From Eledone cirrhosa (taxonomy: Eukaryota): DNA of 64,000 nucleotides. The notes beneath the pieces were generated by a model. It made no database searches. It was not told the DNA's origin and saw only the letters and a list, made by a program, of their open reading frames with translations. The position numbers were made by a program, and so were the translations under genes. This document shows, piece after piece, positions 50,779 to 64,000 of the stretch (its first letter is position 1; every line of letters starts with the position of its first letter). The stretch spans positions 93,434,001 to 93,498,000 of the forward strand of contig OZ024747.1 of NCBI GenBank assembly GCA_964016885.1. Reading direction: 5' to 3'.

Positions 50779-52132
50779 CTGGTGAAAAATAATAATTATC
50801 AGTTAGACAAAAACATTTTGTTATAATAACTTACTTTCTAGCTATCTCTCTCATTCTCTCTTCCATAATCTCAGCTCTCTTTCTTTCTCTCTCTATGTCA
50901 GAGTCATAGCCTAGCTTTATCTTTTACTCTCGCTCTCTTAGTCATAGCTTTCTCTTTTTTCCCCTTTGCCATAGTCTCTATCTCCCTCTCACACACATAC
51001 ATCATCATCATTTATACATCCACATCTCCATGCTGGAATGGGTAACATGAAACATTTTGAAGCAGAATTCTTTGGTCAAATGACCTTCCTAACACCACAA
51101 AATCTTACAACTGATCTTTGCATTGGGGTCTATTGTTTATGCAGGATATAAACAAAGGTCCCTACCCATACAAGTCATGACAAATATGAAGCAAAGATAG
51201 ACAAACACGCACACACACACATAATTATATATAACTCATAAAGTTATATATATATAATAATGGAGGCACAGTGGTTAGAGCATTGGCCTTGCAATCGAAA
51301 GGTTGTGAGTTCAATTCTCAGACCAGGTGATGTGTTGTTTCCTTGAGCAAGACACTTTATTTCACATTGCTCCAGTTTACTCAGCTGTAGAAAGTGGTCG
51401 TGGAGGTGCCACGGCAAAAAAGCACCCAGCACTCACTGTAAATGAGGTTGGTGTTAGGAAGGGCATCCAGCTGTAGAAATCAAGCCAGAATCAGTTCCCG
51501 TCCCTCCCTTGCAAACAGGGAAAAAGCGGACGTAAATGAAATGATGATACAGAGTGTCCCCAAAAAATGTATAGTTCATTCTAATAAATATCGCCTGTAC
51601 AGATAATCAAAGTGTGTATACATTTGTTTAGGACACTATGTATATTAACTAGTCTGTGTACAATTATAATATGCTGCAGCATTAAAAGAATGTTTATAGC
51701 CTACAGTAGACCAAAAGTGCCACTCTCATAAAAGTGTTGCCTGGGGCAGACCACATGCCCTCCGCTAGCTATGCTACTGATATAATCCCTTCATACAATG
51801 TATGTCTAGTGTGCTTATTACACAAACCCATAAAACAAGAGTGTGTGTGTTTGTGTCTGTGTGTGTGAAGAAGAGTTCTATCAGTATCGACATGATACTG
51901 TCACTATCTCTCTGAAACATGGTTACCTTGGCATAGTTTTTTTTTTACTTTAAATTAGTTACCATTTTTACCAACTTACATTCACTTTCATCTTTTGTTT
52001 CACACAAACTCAACATTCTGAAGACTTTTAACAAAAACATTACAATCATTCTGTAAATGGTGATTTTATCTAACAATAACAACAATGTGTGCGTGTGTGT
52101 TGGCGAATTTCAGGAAGCATGGAGGTTTTAAG

Positions 52133-52167
<35 letters not shown>

Positions 52168-52424
52168 TTGGTATCTAATTGTAAAACACTTTCTTGAGGG
52201 AGAAAGAGAGAGCGAGCGAGAGGATGGGGGGGGGGATAGACAGAGAGTTTATATGAAGAATGACTGGTATCTAATTGTAAAACACTTTCTATGCAAAATT
52301 CCTTCAATGTAAAGAACATACAACTGATCATAAGATGAAAGGAAAAACAAAAGTAAAAGACAAAAAGACAAAAGCAATGCATGTAAAAACAAATAAAACA
52401 AAATAGTTGTGAAGCAATACAAAC

Positions 52425-52555
52425 CTTCAACACCAAGTGGTAAATCATCTAGTCCATGGGGAACATCCTGGGATGTACTGTGGGGGAATTTCTTACATGG
52501 TGAAGGTGTATCCTTTATTTTAGACTCAGATGATTGGGGAGCAGTCTGGCCGGTA
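52425..52555 (-). CDS. ITPRID2: ITPRID/KRAP-like gene exon (TGQTAPQSSESK...DDLPLGVE)
   Basis: caacAG acceptor, G|GTTTGT donor, 131 nt, phase 2->1; part of ORF 52249..52566. Confidence 0.75.
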
Positions 52556-55500
52556 CTGTTGAGCAATGAAATAATAAAAACTAGAGCCTCGTTGGGTTAC
52601 AGAATAAATAATCTATCTACATGTATAGCCAGCTTCTCACCACCACCACCTCTATGTATATTGCCAGCTTCACACCACCACCACCACCATCACCTCTACA
52701 TGCATTGCCAGCTTCACACCACCACCACCATCACCTCTACATACACCGCCAACACCACTGCCACCACCACCACCACCCCCTTCAATATCAAAGATTCATT
52801 AAAAAAATATATATATATCTAACAGATCTTTGAAGAACAAAAGTAAATGAAAGCTGGTTAATTAATTCTCTGATGTTAAACATACATGTTTAACAACATG
52901 ACCTGCTCATATCAACTAAATCTGCAGGTGTCTGAAATGTCCTCTAAAGATCTATTTTATCACCTCCCCACTTCAATGCATACATTTAATCCAATATTGA
53001 TTACATTGCAGACCCCCCACGCACACACACAAACACACATGCCTTGCTTCCCCTCTAATCTGGTCTAAGTATGTCACCAATGATTAGTGACAAACTTTTT
53101 ACAGCATTTTTCTGCAGCTAAGAATTCCTTTGACATTAGAGGTATGCATGTTATGTCTATAGAATCAGAGAAATTCAACAGCCAGTTTATCAGATATCCA
53201 AATATCGAATTTGACAGACTGCTTCTACTTTGAGTTAGTCACCATCAAGAATCTGGTGTCCTTGATTGCTGGGCTGCCATTTTCCTTAGCAAAATCAAAA
53301 GGAGTGTATCCCGTTTGAGAATGTGCCCTGTGAAGTGGAGTGGCTGATGCTGTGGATGTCACTGGCTGTTCTTTGCAGTAATGCTTTTGCTATCTTGTCT
53401 GCAGGGCACAGCTGAGATATACCATCTAACTAGGGGTATAGAGTCTACCCCTCTCTTCCCCCTTCTGTTTTTTTTCTCCTCTTCCTGTTTCTTACATGAA
53501 ATATTTATTTAAATAAAAGTGTAAATTAAAACAACACTAATATTTCTAGACAGAACAACCAAATCTCCCTTAAATCACATCCTATTGTCTCAACAAAGGA
53601 AGGACATATGGTTAATGCAGTTGAAGATAGACTGGTTGCAACTACAACTATATAACCGATAAGTAAATATCAAGAAATACATTTTAGATATAACAAAAAA
53701 CATAATGGCTGGCTGAGCAAGTTAGGTCATGCAAAAAAACTTTGAAAAAAAGAGGAATACAATGTTTTTAGGGCAGTCATGTACACTTTCTGCATTCACA
53801 CCACTACAGTCAATATGTCTTACAATAATGAAAAGTTGATCATAGCTAAATGCTGATCACAGGATAAAGAAGTTTGGTCAAAACTGTCACATTAGATAAC
53901 TTATACAGACAAAATGGAATCCGCCACCCCCACTCCACCCACCAACAAAGATAAAGGGACACTTTTTAAAACATACATTGATGTGTTCAATAGTCAAATT
54001 GATCATCTGTAGGTAAAAACACAGGAAAGGCCAGAAAAACAAATGCCAGAAAAATACTGCCCTGGGAAGAAATAATTGGAAACTTTGTTTGGTGTAGAAT
54101 GTGAATGTAATTAAGTAGAGAAAATATGCAATTAATTAACTCAAAGGAGCAGAGACTGCTGTGATAGTAATAATTGTTTCTATTTTTGACACAAGGCTAG
54201 CAATTACCCCAGTGCATTACTGGTACTTTATTTTATTGACCCCGTAAGGATGAAAGGCAAAGTTAACCTCGGCGGGATCTGAACTCACACCGCAAAGGGC
54301 CATAACTCTGTGCTGCAAAGTATGGCGTCCGACCCTCTACCAATTCTGCCACTCCACCGCTAGTAATAATAGAAATAAAAGATAAGACATTAAGCACCTA
54401 TGTGCTGGAGGTCATAATGAGTTGGTAATTCAATCTTTGCTAATCAGTTAAATTACTTTTTGATGCAGTCTCAGAATATTTACATGTGTAACAGTAGCAC
54501 CACACATTAAAGAGAGCAGTACGATAAAGTAAATCTTATTTGAGCTTTGTCAACAACGGATAAAAATGAAATAAAATTTTTGTTCATAGACACAGTCACC
54601 TGACCTGATTGCCTCAAATAGGACAACTCGTTTAACCCATGCTAAGCATGGAAAATAGACATTAAACGATGATGATAATGCTGCTGCTGATGATGATAAT
54701 AATACAAGTATATGATGTTTACAAGAGAGAGTACTAGAGATTGTTATGGCCTTCAAATTGTAATGACTTTGAAGTTTCTAGGTGTATGTTATTTATGTAT
54801 AAGAAAAATGTAATGCAAGACTATTTTCTTGATAGGGATAGAAACATATCTTTGTACTGCTTAAGGAGAAAAGGTTGTCATGCTGCAAAAGGTTGTCATG
54901 CTGCAAAAGGTTGTCATGTCTGCATTGAAGACCATTTTCAATGAAGACACGGCATAAGTTGTCTAACTTGTATGTGGATGACAAATGTCTGTAGAAGATT
55001 TATGAGGAATGAAGAAGACTGATATTATCAACATATGAGTGACATGGAGAAGATCATTAATATACAGAAGGAATCAGGTTGTTGGCTTTGTCTCAAACTT
55101 AACTTAGCTAGCGACTTATTTACTACAGACTACATACAAAATAAAAACAGCCCCTCTCCCTCCCCATTAAAACAATAAAAACTGGACTGTTATATATGTT
55201 GCTGCAAGAAATAACAATGTAATTTATTAGATGGTAATTAAAACAACTTGACATTGCAAACATTTCCTTTGTTAAGTTTCTCTTTATTAGTCATGTTATT
55301 TTTTTATTTTTTTTATTTGGTTATTTGTTTTGTTGTAACAGCTGACTCCTCTCACTTGCAATGGTCTTTATTCATCAGCTAAAAAAATAATAAAAGAGTT
55401 CTGTTTATATTCTCTGCTGCCTTAACTACTGTTAAATTGGTTTCTGATTTAAGTACAAGGCCAGCAATTTTGGTGGAGAGGAAAGTCAATTAAATCGACC

Positions 55501-55867
55501 CCAGTGCAATTACTGGTGCTTTATTTTATCGACCCCTTAAGGATGAAAGGCAAAGCTAACTGTGACAGGATTTGAACTCAGATCATAGAAGGCCATAACT
55601 CTATGCAATAAAGCATATTGTCTGATGCTCCACCGATACTGCCTGACACCAGGAGGGCATTAACAGGTATTGTAAGGAATTCCATACAAGTGTAACGAGT
55701 TCATAAGGTCATGATTAAGAAAGATATATGTGAAGATATTTGGATTATGAAGTGATGTTTCATAAAACGTAATTTTCCTTGAGCCATCAGTTTTCTTTAT
55801 AATAAAGGTAAGTAATCCAGCTGGATATATTACGTGAAGCCACATGGGAAGTGATATTTCATATATT

Positions 55868-56420
55868 TTGGTGGTAGTCCATAAGCTAAGCCTAGTTCTA
55901 GTCCTAAGTACCAGTAGGATCCTATCTATAATATTCTTACTGGTCCTACCTAGGTCTGACTTGGAGGGTGCTATTAACCTAACTGGGAGATTAGTCCTAA
56001 AGTCTAATTTGTGATCCTTAATGGATATCCTCGGTTTTCTAGGTACAAAATGTTCGGTCCTATCGTCTATTTCTAGTCCTGTCATTATCTTTTTGGTTGT
56101 GGCGTTGATGCTATCAAGGTTGTCCTGTCCTGTGGTCCTATAGCTTTTCCTAATCTCTTTCCCAATGCAGTCGTTATATGTAATGTCGTCAACATGTACA
56201 TCAAAGTGTGTCTGCATACAAGTACATATTCCTACATGAGATGTTGCGTGCATTCTTTGACATATTCCTTATATACCCTTTTTTATATTTTGTTACATAT
56301 TTCTTGATGTAAATTTTCTTTGTGTATTCCCTGATGTACAGCATTATATGCATCTTTCTATGTACTTTCCAAGTAGTTTTGTACAGTTTTTTTTCATATG
56401 TAGGTATTTTGTTTATATGT
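55868..56420 (-). mobile_element. Penelope-like retroelement relic, N-terminal RT region
   Basis: LEIDDRTEHF...ISIKDHKLDFRTNLPVRLIAPSKSDLGRTSKNIIDRI...LSLWTTT matches Neptune-type PLE ITLKDHK.NF...CRLINP.KSE.G.ISK.ILD.I...LNQW. Confidence 0.85.
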
Positions 56421-56549
56421 GGTTTATACGTGGAGTATCTCAGGTTAACACCCTAAGCTGGCCTACTCAAGGTGTATATGGGTGTGTGTCTATATGCGAA
56501 GCGTGGGCCTATGTCCATGTGTTTGTGCATGCGTACATAAGGGTGCATA

Positions 56550-56585
<36 letters not shown>

Positions 56586-56693
56586 CATACACATATATGT
56601 ATATATGTGTGTATAAGAGTAGGCTTGGTTGCGTGCATATGTACGCGCAGGTATATGTGTGTGTGTATGTATATATGAATGTGTATATATGTG

Positions 56694-56726
<33 letters not shown>

Positions 56727-57432
56727 GTGTGTGTGTATGTATGTATGGATATATATATATGCGTACATCTGTGGGTCTGTGTATGTGAACATGTGTGCGT
56801 ATATCTGTGTATGCATGTACCTATACAGGAGGAGTGAATATATGCATGTGTATGTGTGTGCGAAAACGCATAGCGTACGCGCGGGGTTTGTGTGTATGTC
56901 CCCACAGATAAGTGTGTGATCAGGAGCTCGGAATGTCTGTCTATGTGTGAGCACATGTGTGTGTGTGGGGGTGTGTGTGTGTCGGGCGACGGGCAAGCTA
57001 GGGACTGGCAAGGCAGATCATAATCCCTTGCCCATCTAGCAGTAATTCTGGTGACAGAATTAAGGTGAGTGACAGCTGAATGGTCAAACATACAGATGAC
57101 GTCTCAAACTTGTGACCAATCGACAGGCCGCGCAAACAGGATGATGGCAGCTGATAGAAATTCTAAGGGTCGGAGTCCAACAGACAGAGGATTTGGTTTG
57201 AAGTCACTAGACGTTTCAGAGAAACTTGCAAATCCAGAGTCAGGTTCGATCCACAAATAGATCGCACCTCGAGCTCTATTCGCCGGAGAAACAATTATAA
57301 TACGTTAATAAATTATGTTCCGATGAATCACTGATTCTTCGTTTTCCATATTATTATACTCTAATCCGAAGGAGTATAGAGTGCTCAACTGGCATACTGC
57401 CAATAGACGCATGCAAGCAACCTTACTACAAA

Positions 57433-58221
57433 TCTATATATATAAAGTTGTATTCCTGTCTGTCTGTCTGTTCACGAACTACTCCTATGATTTTGGAGAT
57501 AGACCCCCCCATAACCATATATATTCTGAAACTACATTGCCCAGGGTACTTGGATAAGTATATTTCATTTTAATCAAAGGGTTCCCCAGAAGCACAAACC
57601 ACCACTGAAAATTTTTTCCCTTCGATTTATATGAAATTTAAACCATATGTAAATGACAAGATATGCCTATTCACAAAATTTCAGCAAATTTCAATAATAT
57701 TAAGACACCCTAATGGGGTTAAACCCCCTATAGTGAAAATTTTGGCCAATAAATGGAACAAGATTTCACGAACTCCTCTTATGGTTTTGGAGATAGACTC
57801 CCATAACCATATATATTCTGAAACTACATTGCTCAGGGTACTTGGATAAATAATTTCATTTTAATCAAAGAGTTCCCTGGGGGCACAAAACCCCCACTGA
57901 AAGTTTTTTCCCTTCGATTTATATGAAATTTAAACCATAGGTAAATGACAAGATATGATGCCTATTCACAAAAGTTTTGAATTGATATTTTGAAAAAAAA
58001 TTATTTACAAGAAACAAAATAAGAATAAGATTTAATAATGTAATTTTGATTTGATATATTACAAAAAATGTTTTCCAATTTTTCATGCATTACATTTTAC
58101 ATTGAGTAATATTGAAATGCAGAGTTTTTCTCCATAAATTATATAATTGATTTAAAATCAATCATCATTTTCTTACAAAAAAAATGTGTGAAACGCAGCA
58201 AGGCGCAGGTAATTCGACTAG
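57433..58221 (+). mobile_element. Non-autonomous Helitron-like element with internal ~200-bp direct repeat (57473-57678 / 57768-57973)
   Basis: A|TCTATATATATAAAG...(CTGT)n 5' end, GC-rich subterminal segment then CTAG|T 3' end. Confidence 0.7.
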
Positions 58222-58259
<38 letters not shown>

Positions 58260-59046
58260 GAGAGAGAGGGGGGTTCATATATGCATACATTATAGATATG
58301 CCCTTATCTACTTATCTAAAAGTATATATGTAAGTATATAAAAATATAGATTAAAGAGATATGTGTAACATGACATTCTTTGTATATACCAGCAAGGTCA
58401 CAACTGATTAACAAAAAGAGAGATCTATAAAAAGAACAAAAGTATCTACAGTCCGTTACTTATGGGTTCCTTTAAGTCTCAAACATAAACCAAATAATCA
58501 AAACAAACAAACCAATTAAACATTATAGATATCCAACCCAGGCAAGTGTGGAAAAGCAGATGTAAAAACAACAATGGTGATGATGATGATGATATGTGAA
58601 GTCATTTGTTCTCTATTGTACATGTTTAACCCTTTAGTATTTACATTACTCTATATTTACTATCATATATTTACAGAAAAATTAACCCTTTAGCATTTAC
58701 ATTACTCTATATTTACTATCATATTTTCACAGTAAAGGCTTTACCTCACATAATTATCTCATATAATATTGAATCTATGAGAGTTTTATATTATCTATTT
58801 TGAGAACAATACCTTAATGTAGGCATGAGTGGCCAGTTACAGCCGGTTTGAACAGAAAGAGGTGAGAGAACTCTGACTGGATACTGCTGGTTTAGATACT
58901 AAAGGGTTAAGAAAAGAAAAATAGGTACCTAACCTATACAAGTATAGAAAGTAGACATAAAGTGATAATAATTGTGTGTGTGTGTAAGCATGAATGTACA
59001 TATGTAAGTATGTACATATATATAGAAACATACATATATTTATACA

Positions 59047-59348
59047 TATGTGTTCAAATCGTAAGGGACCTGATTCGCTAAGATTTGTATTTCTATTGGA
59101 TTAGTATTTCTATTGGATTAGTATTTCTATTGGATTAGTATTTCTATTCTATTCGCTTGGATTAGTATTTCTATTCACAATTAACTTTGCGAAACAACAA
59201 GTTGTCTGGGTGATTGGTAGTTACCACAATTCCGGTTTGTAATTATTTTCTTAATTTTTTCTTAAATTGAGACAAGCGAACCCAATTGTCTATAGTTAGT
59301 ATTCTTTTCACCTTAGCCAATCAGGTCCCTTTCAATTTCAACACATAT
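59047..59348. mobile_element. MITE-like element with ~37-bp imperfect TIRs and internal 17-bp tandem repeat
   Basis: atatgtgttcaaatcgtaagggacctgattcgctaag / cttagccaatcaggtccctttcaatttcaacacatat; (gtatttctattggatta)x3+. Confidence 0.6.
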
Positions 59349-59654
59349 ATCTATATATCCGTGTTCGCTTTTCTTTTATATTCTATTATAATATATGGCT
59401 CAGAAATATCTCTTTCTTAGAGCTAGTTTGTTGTAAGAGACTATTTTGAGTTCCTAACTCAATTTATACATTTAATATATTTATACATATATATATATAT
59501 CAGACTGGAGGCAGTAAAAACCAGTCAGAGTACTTGATACATGGGGTAGTAGAGGAGGTAATATGAAAAATTTGGGACCCTGACGGCTGAGCTCCGGTCA
59601 CTTCAACAGCTGGAGCTCAGCCGTCGGGGTCCTGAATTTTTCATATATATGTAT

Positions 59655-59685
<31 letters not shown>

Positions 59686-59842
59686 GCCTTTTTCTGTGTC
59701 AGAGATCATAGATCCACTCTGCAAGAGCTGACCTGTCAAGCTTCAATGCAGATGCTCAGCCTATTAAAAATAGCAGTCAAACCTCTCTCAAATCACACCC
59801 TACTGACTTAAGTCATGGACACTGACATATAAATGTACTTAC

Positions 59843-59912
59843 GTTTGTGAAAGACTTTCCAGAGGCCATTCTGTATTGTCCTGCATTGATTTGGAATTAG
59901 AATCATGTTTTC
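59843..59912 (-). CDS. ITPRID2: ITPRID/KRAP-like gene, most 5' exon found (KHDSNSKSMQDNTEWPLESLSQT); may contain the start ATG or follow an upstream exon
   Basis: Long polypyrimidine tract + AAG acceptor, AC|GTAAGT donor; 70 nt; ends in phase 2, matching the next exon. Confidence 0.6.
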
Positions 59913-61196
59913 CTTAAGACAGAAGAAAAAAAGAAAAGAATATATATATATATCATCATCATCATCATTTAGCGTTCATTTTTCCACACTAACATGGGTT
60001 AGAGGCTTGGAGGTGAACATGCACATACAGATTTATGATATTTTGGCTTGGTTTCTATAGTTGGATGCCCTTCCTAATACCCTGAGTGCTTTTTATTATG
60101 TCACCAGCATGACCACCATACAGTGTGCTTTTTCTTGTGTCACCAATATATGTGTATATATATATATATCTTTGTCTATGGAAGCCTATCCAACCCTTTC
60201 TAACAGAGAAAAAGACATCAAATGATGAAGATGATGATAGGGGAACAGGCTTAACACACCACACCATTTAACACCACCACTGGCATCTTAGTTATTTTTA
60301 GCAGAGTTCACTTTGTTGCGAGTATTTGGACCAAAATGCTCTGGTTCTTTTCCCCAACATATTGTTCCTACAGATATTGACTTATGTATATATTATGATG
60401 CTGGTGCCATGATAAAATGTACCTAGTACACTCTGTAAAGTGGTTGACAATCAGCAATGTCATAAAGTAGAGCAGGCTCTTTAGTTTTGTTGAGGAGATG
60501 ACAACTACACTAGTGCTGGTGCCACTACACTCTTAAGTGGTTGGTGTTAAGTAGGGCATCCAACCATAGAGACCATGCCAAAAATTGGGACTTATGAGTG
60601 AGACATGCTTCCTCAACCTATCTTGGTGGATAGTAACTCCAAATAAAAACTGAGTCTGAGGGAAACAACCCATCCAACCCGTGTAAGAATGAACAGTGGA
60701 CATATCATGTTGCTGCTGCTGTCTTCCTCCGGTTGCAACGTTTTTTGAAATATCCACTTCTGCGTTTACAGATTGACTTTGTTAGTTTCAGAAGATCCCA
60801 TTAAGGGTGAAAGCAGCGATTCTTTGCTTAAACTTTAATCCGTTATTTAATAAATATATATATAATAATAATATAATAATAATGAAATTATTGTGTACAG
60901 TGCTCAGGTGCACTACAACTCATCAAAGGTGCATGTATAGTACATAGAATAATGTACAAATGTCAGGAAAATGAACAGTGTACGAGTCATGATATAATAA
61001 TAATAACAATAATGAAACATTGTGTACAGTGCCCAGGTGCACCACAACTCATCAAAAAAGTGCATGTACAGTACATAGGGCAATGCACAAACATCAGTAA
61101 AATGAACAGTGCACGAGTCATGATACACACATGTGTGCATGTGTATGGAAGGGGTACATCAGGTGTAGTTTTGGCGTATTTCGGGAAGCATGAGTG

Positions 61197-61247
<51 letters not shown>

Positions 61248-61729
61248 CAGAGAATGAAGTTATGAACTTTATGGCAAAGCAATTTCTACAGATCTAACAG
61301 ATATTACAGTTATATCAATCATTTACTATTTAATATTTATTAATGATGATTAGTAATATATTACAAACGATTCGTTAAAACTGCCAAACATCAATAGTAT
61401 GTATGACCAGAGTGTTACACGTTATGTGTAACAATATGTTTTTAAAAAAAGCTGCAAAGTCTGTCTCGAGCCTGGAGATCCATCAAACTGGTGTTTGTCC
61501 CAGTTTCTGTGGCTTTAAATGACTGAGAGTAGAAGACTCCCTGCTGGACAGGACAACATTCCATTGCAGAGTTAAACTCCAACTACTGCAGATACTTGTT
61601 TTAAGCTGAGTATATTGGAGCAACAGGAAATGAAGTGTTTTGCTCAAGAATACAACACAACCCAGACCAGGAGTTGAACCCATGGCATTAAGATCATAAG
61701 TCCAACACCTTTACCATAACTTGTAAACA

Positions 61730-62300
61730 AGACACAAAATAATATGCATGGAAAAGAAACAGCTTCATTGTGAGATGTGTGGAAGATCTTTCGTTGAATA
61801 TTCTAAGTTTATAATCCACAAACATAATTGTATTAGCACAAAATCCTATCCATGTGAAATATATGAGAAACTTTTTGTTGATAATATACACTGAAGGAAA
61901 TCCTTATATGGGAAATTTTTTGTCACACGAATACAAAACAAATTTTTTGTGACAAACGGATACAAAATGGAAAAAAAACCCTATAATTCAGGAATACGTG
62001 GGAAATTATTTATCATTAATAGTCACATAAAAATGCACAATTGAATACACACAAGAGGGAAAGATTTTAACTGGGAAACATGAGAAATCCTTCTCTTATA
62101 AATGTACACATACAGTCCAGCAATAAGTACACAATGGAGCACATTTATCATGGTGATATATGTAAACTTTTGTTTTTGTTTTATAATCCCCCTATGTAAT
62201 AACTATAGTGACTGTAATTGTTGTCTTTGTATAATCCTCAGTTAAATACACATTGTACAAAATTATATCAGTGTAAAATATATTAGAAATAATTTTCCAA
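61730..62300 (+). pseudogene. Degenerate tandem C2H2 zinc-finger relic
   Basis: LHCEMCGRSFVEYSKFIIHKHNCISTKSYPCEIYEKLF; KRIQNGKKPY..GKLFIINSHIKMHN*IHTRGK: C2H2 spacing and decayed TGEKPY linkers with stops/frameshifts. Confidence 0.7.
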
Positions 62301-62679
62301 GTTCTTGTCTTACAGGGTAGAGGAAACTCTTTAATTTTGCCAAAGACATGACAACCTCTCTAGTGCTGATAAAACAATAAAATATGCCCAGCATACTGAG
62401 TAAAGAGATTGATGATAGGTAGGTGATCCAGCCATAAGAAGCATGTCTAAAATAAAAAAAATATGAGTGAGACATGGTTCATCTGATCCATCTAAGTTGG
62501 TAGCAGATCCAAATACAAATTGAGGTGAAGAGGTGAGTCAGGAATGCCCAGGGCTCCAAAGGAAAATGTTGCAATGCAGTTCAAGACCCCTTTGGGGCCT
62601 GTAGCAGGCAAAGAGTTTTCTCAAAATGGATGTTGCATGGTTGCTGTGGGGCCTTCTTGTTCTTGGGCCCTGAAAGAAA

Positions 62680-62972
62680 GTATACATGTATGTGTGTATG
62701 TGTGTATGTGTGTGTATGTATGTATGTATGTATGTATGTATGGGAGATTAAAACAAATGTAAATGTGTGTACGTGTTTGTATGCATGTATGCATGTACTG
62801 TTGGCAGTTATGGACGTATAGTATATGTTTATTTGTGTGAATGATTAAAAATATGTGAAATATAATAAAACAGTATTTTATGTGTGCTGGTATTTATATG
62901 TATGTATATATATTCAATGTGTATATCAGTGTGTATATATATATATGTGCATATATATATATGTGCATGTGC

Positions 62973-63044
<72 letters not shown>

Positions 63045-63290
63045 GCATGTATAAGTAAATATATAATGTGCGTATTACATTGAAAAAATGCAATTTCAAA
63101 AAAAATGTGTGTATGAGAAAGAGAGTATGTGTGTGTGTAAGAGAGCATGTGTGTGTGTAAGTGAGCGTGTGTGTGTGTATAAGTGAGCATGTGTGTGTGT
63201 GTGTGTGAGAGCATGTGTGTGTGTGTGAGCATGTGTGTGTGTGTGTGTGAGAGAGCATGTGTGTTTATGTATGTGAGCATGTGTGTAGTG
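62680..63290. repeat. (TG)n/(TA)n/(TATG)n compound microsatellite field (similar field 56480-56980)
   Basis: Directly visible; generates spurious HT/YI/CV ORFs. Confidence 0.95.
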
Positions 63291-64000
63291 GTAAGTGAAA
63301 TAAGTGAAATAAACAACAGCTTAATTAATTTTTTCCTGGAGCTCTATTTTCAAACAATGTTGGAGGCCACTTCAAGGCCACCTCTGTGACCCAATGCTTA
63401 TTCACCTTCCACTCACACCCCTGATTTCTTCTTTCTCGTCCAACCCATGCCAGCATAGGAGGAAGACATGTGCACTCGTATATATATATATTTATATATA
63501 TATATATATTTATCATCATCGACATCGTTTAACGTCCATTTTCCACACTAGCATGTGTTAGACAGGTTGTCTCATTTGAGGCAAGTTGGATCAGGTGACC
63601 GCATCTTACTCATATAGATCTGTTTCTGGCTAGGTTTCTACAGCTGGATGCCCTTCCTAATGCCAACTACATTTACAGTGTGTGCTGGGTGCTTTTTGTT
63701 GTGACTCCTACATGACCACTTTACAGTGTGGGCTGGATATGTTATGTTCACAGTGTAAGTGTGGTGTGGACATGAATGGGTGGTGTGGGGATATAGTGGT
63801 TAAGAGGTGCCTACTAGATGTATGTTTGAGTCCGTGCGCATGGGAAGGAATGTCTTCTGTATTACTGCGTAACACCAAATATATATATATATATCATCAT
63901 CATCACCATTTTACGTCCGTTCTTCCACGCTAGCATGGGTTAGACGGGTTGTCCTGTTGTGGGCAGTGTCTGGTCGGCTGACCATGTCTTGCTCATACAG

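Noticed and set aside
53060-53440. Complex sequence that looked like another host exon
   Set aside because: Stops in all - strand frames and no good splice sites; faint resemblance to a decayed DNA-transposon protein that I cannot assign.
56348-57091. Long HT/YI/CV-rich ORFs (also 62855-63389, 9437-9678, 32911-33223)
   Set aside because: Dinucleotide microsatellite artefacts.

Overview
AT-rich, microsatellite- and transposon-laden animal DNA whose repeat landscape (tRNA-derived SINEs, RTE/CR1/CRE LINE relics, Penelope-like elements, Helitrons, piggyBac/hAT/Tc1 MITEs, a C2H2 zinc-finger relic) looks like an octopus/coleoid cephalopod genome (inference). The window lies within one long minus-strand gene: 12 hand-spliced, phase-consistent GT-AG exons (59912->141, about 973 codons, continuing off the left edge) encode an ITPRID/KRAP/SSFA2-family IP3-receptor-interacting protein (DPEEILxxLGFG...RIPxRFF motif, QSDSSGF motif, C-terminal coiled coil). 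Candidate alternative isoforms are an alternative first exon and an unspliced short form ending in a PDZ-ligand-like ETLV. The introns hold many short Penelope-type remnants sitting in (TA)n runs that carry minimal type I hammerhead ribozymes, often as long palindromes. The most striking feature is a ~320-bp hammerhead-containing palindrome (29962-30280) whose arms differ by 27 G-T wobble mismatches and no A-C mismatches, with ADAR-like neighbour bias. This pattern fits an A-to-I hyper-edited dsRNA reverse-transcribed into the genome. Most ORFs in the supplied track are microsatellite or repeat artefacts. All alignments and counts were done by hand; family assignments are from remembered motifs, not searches.
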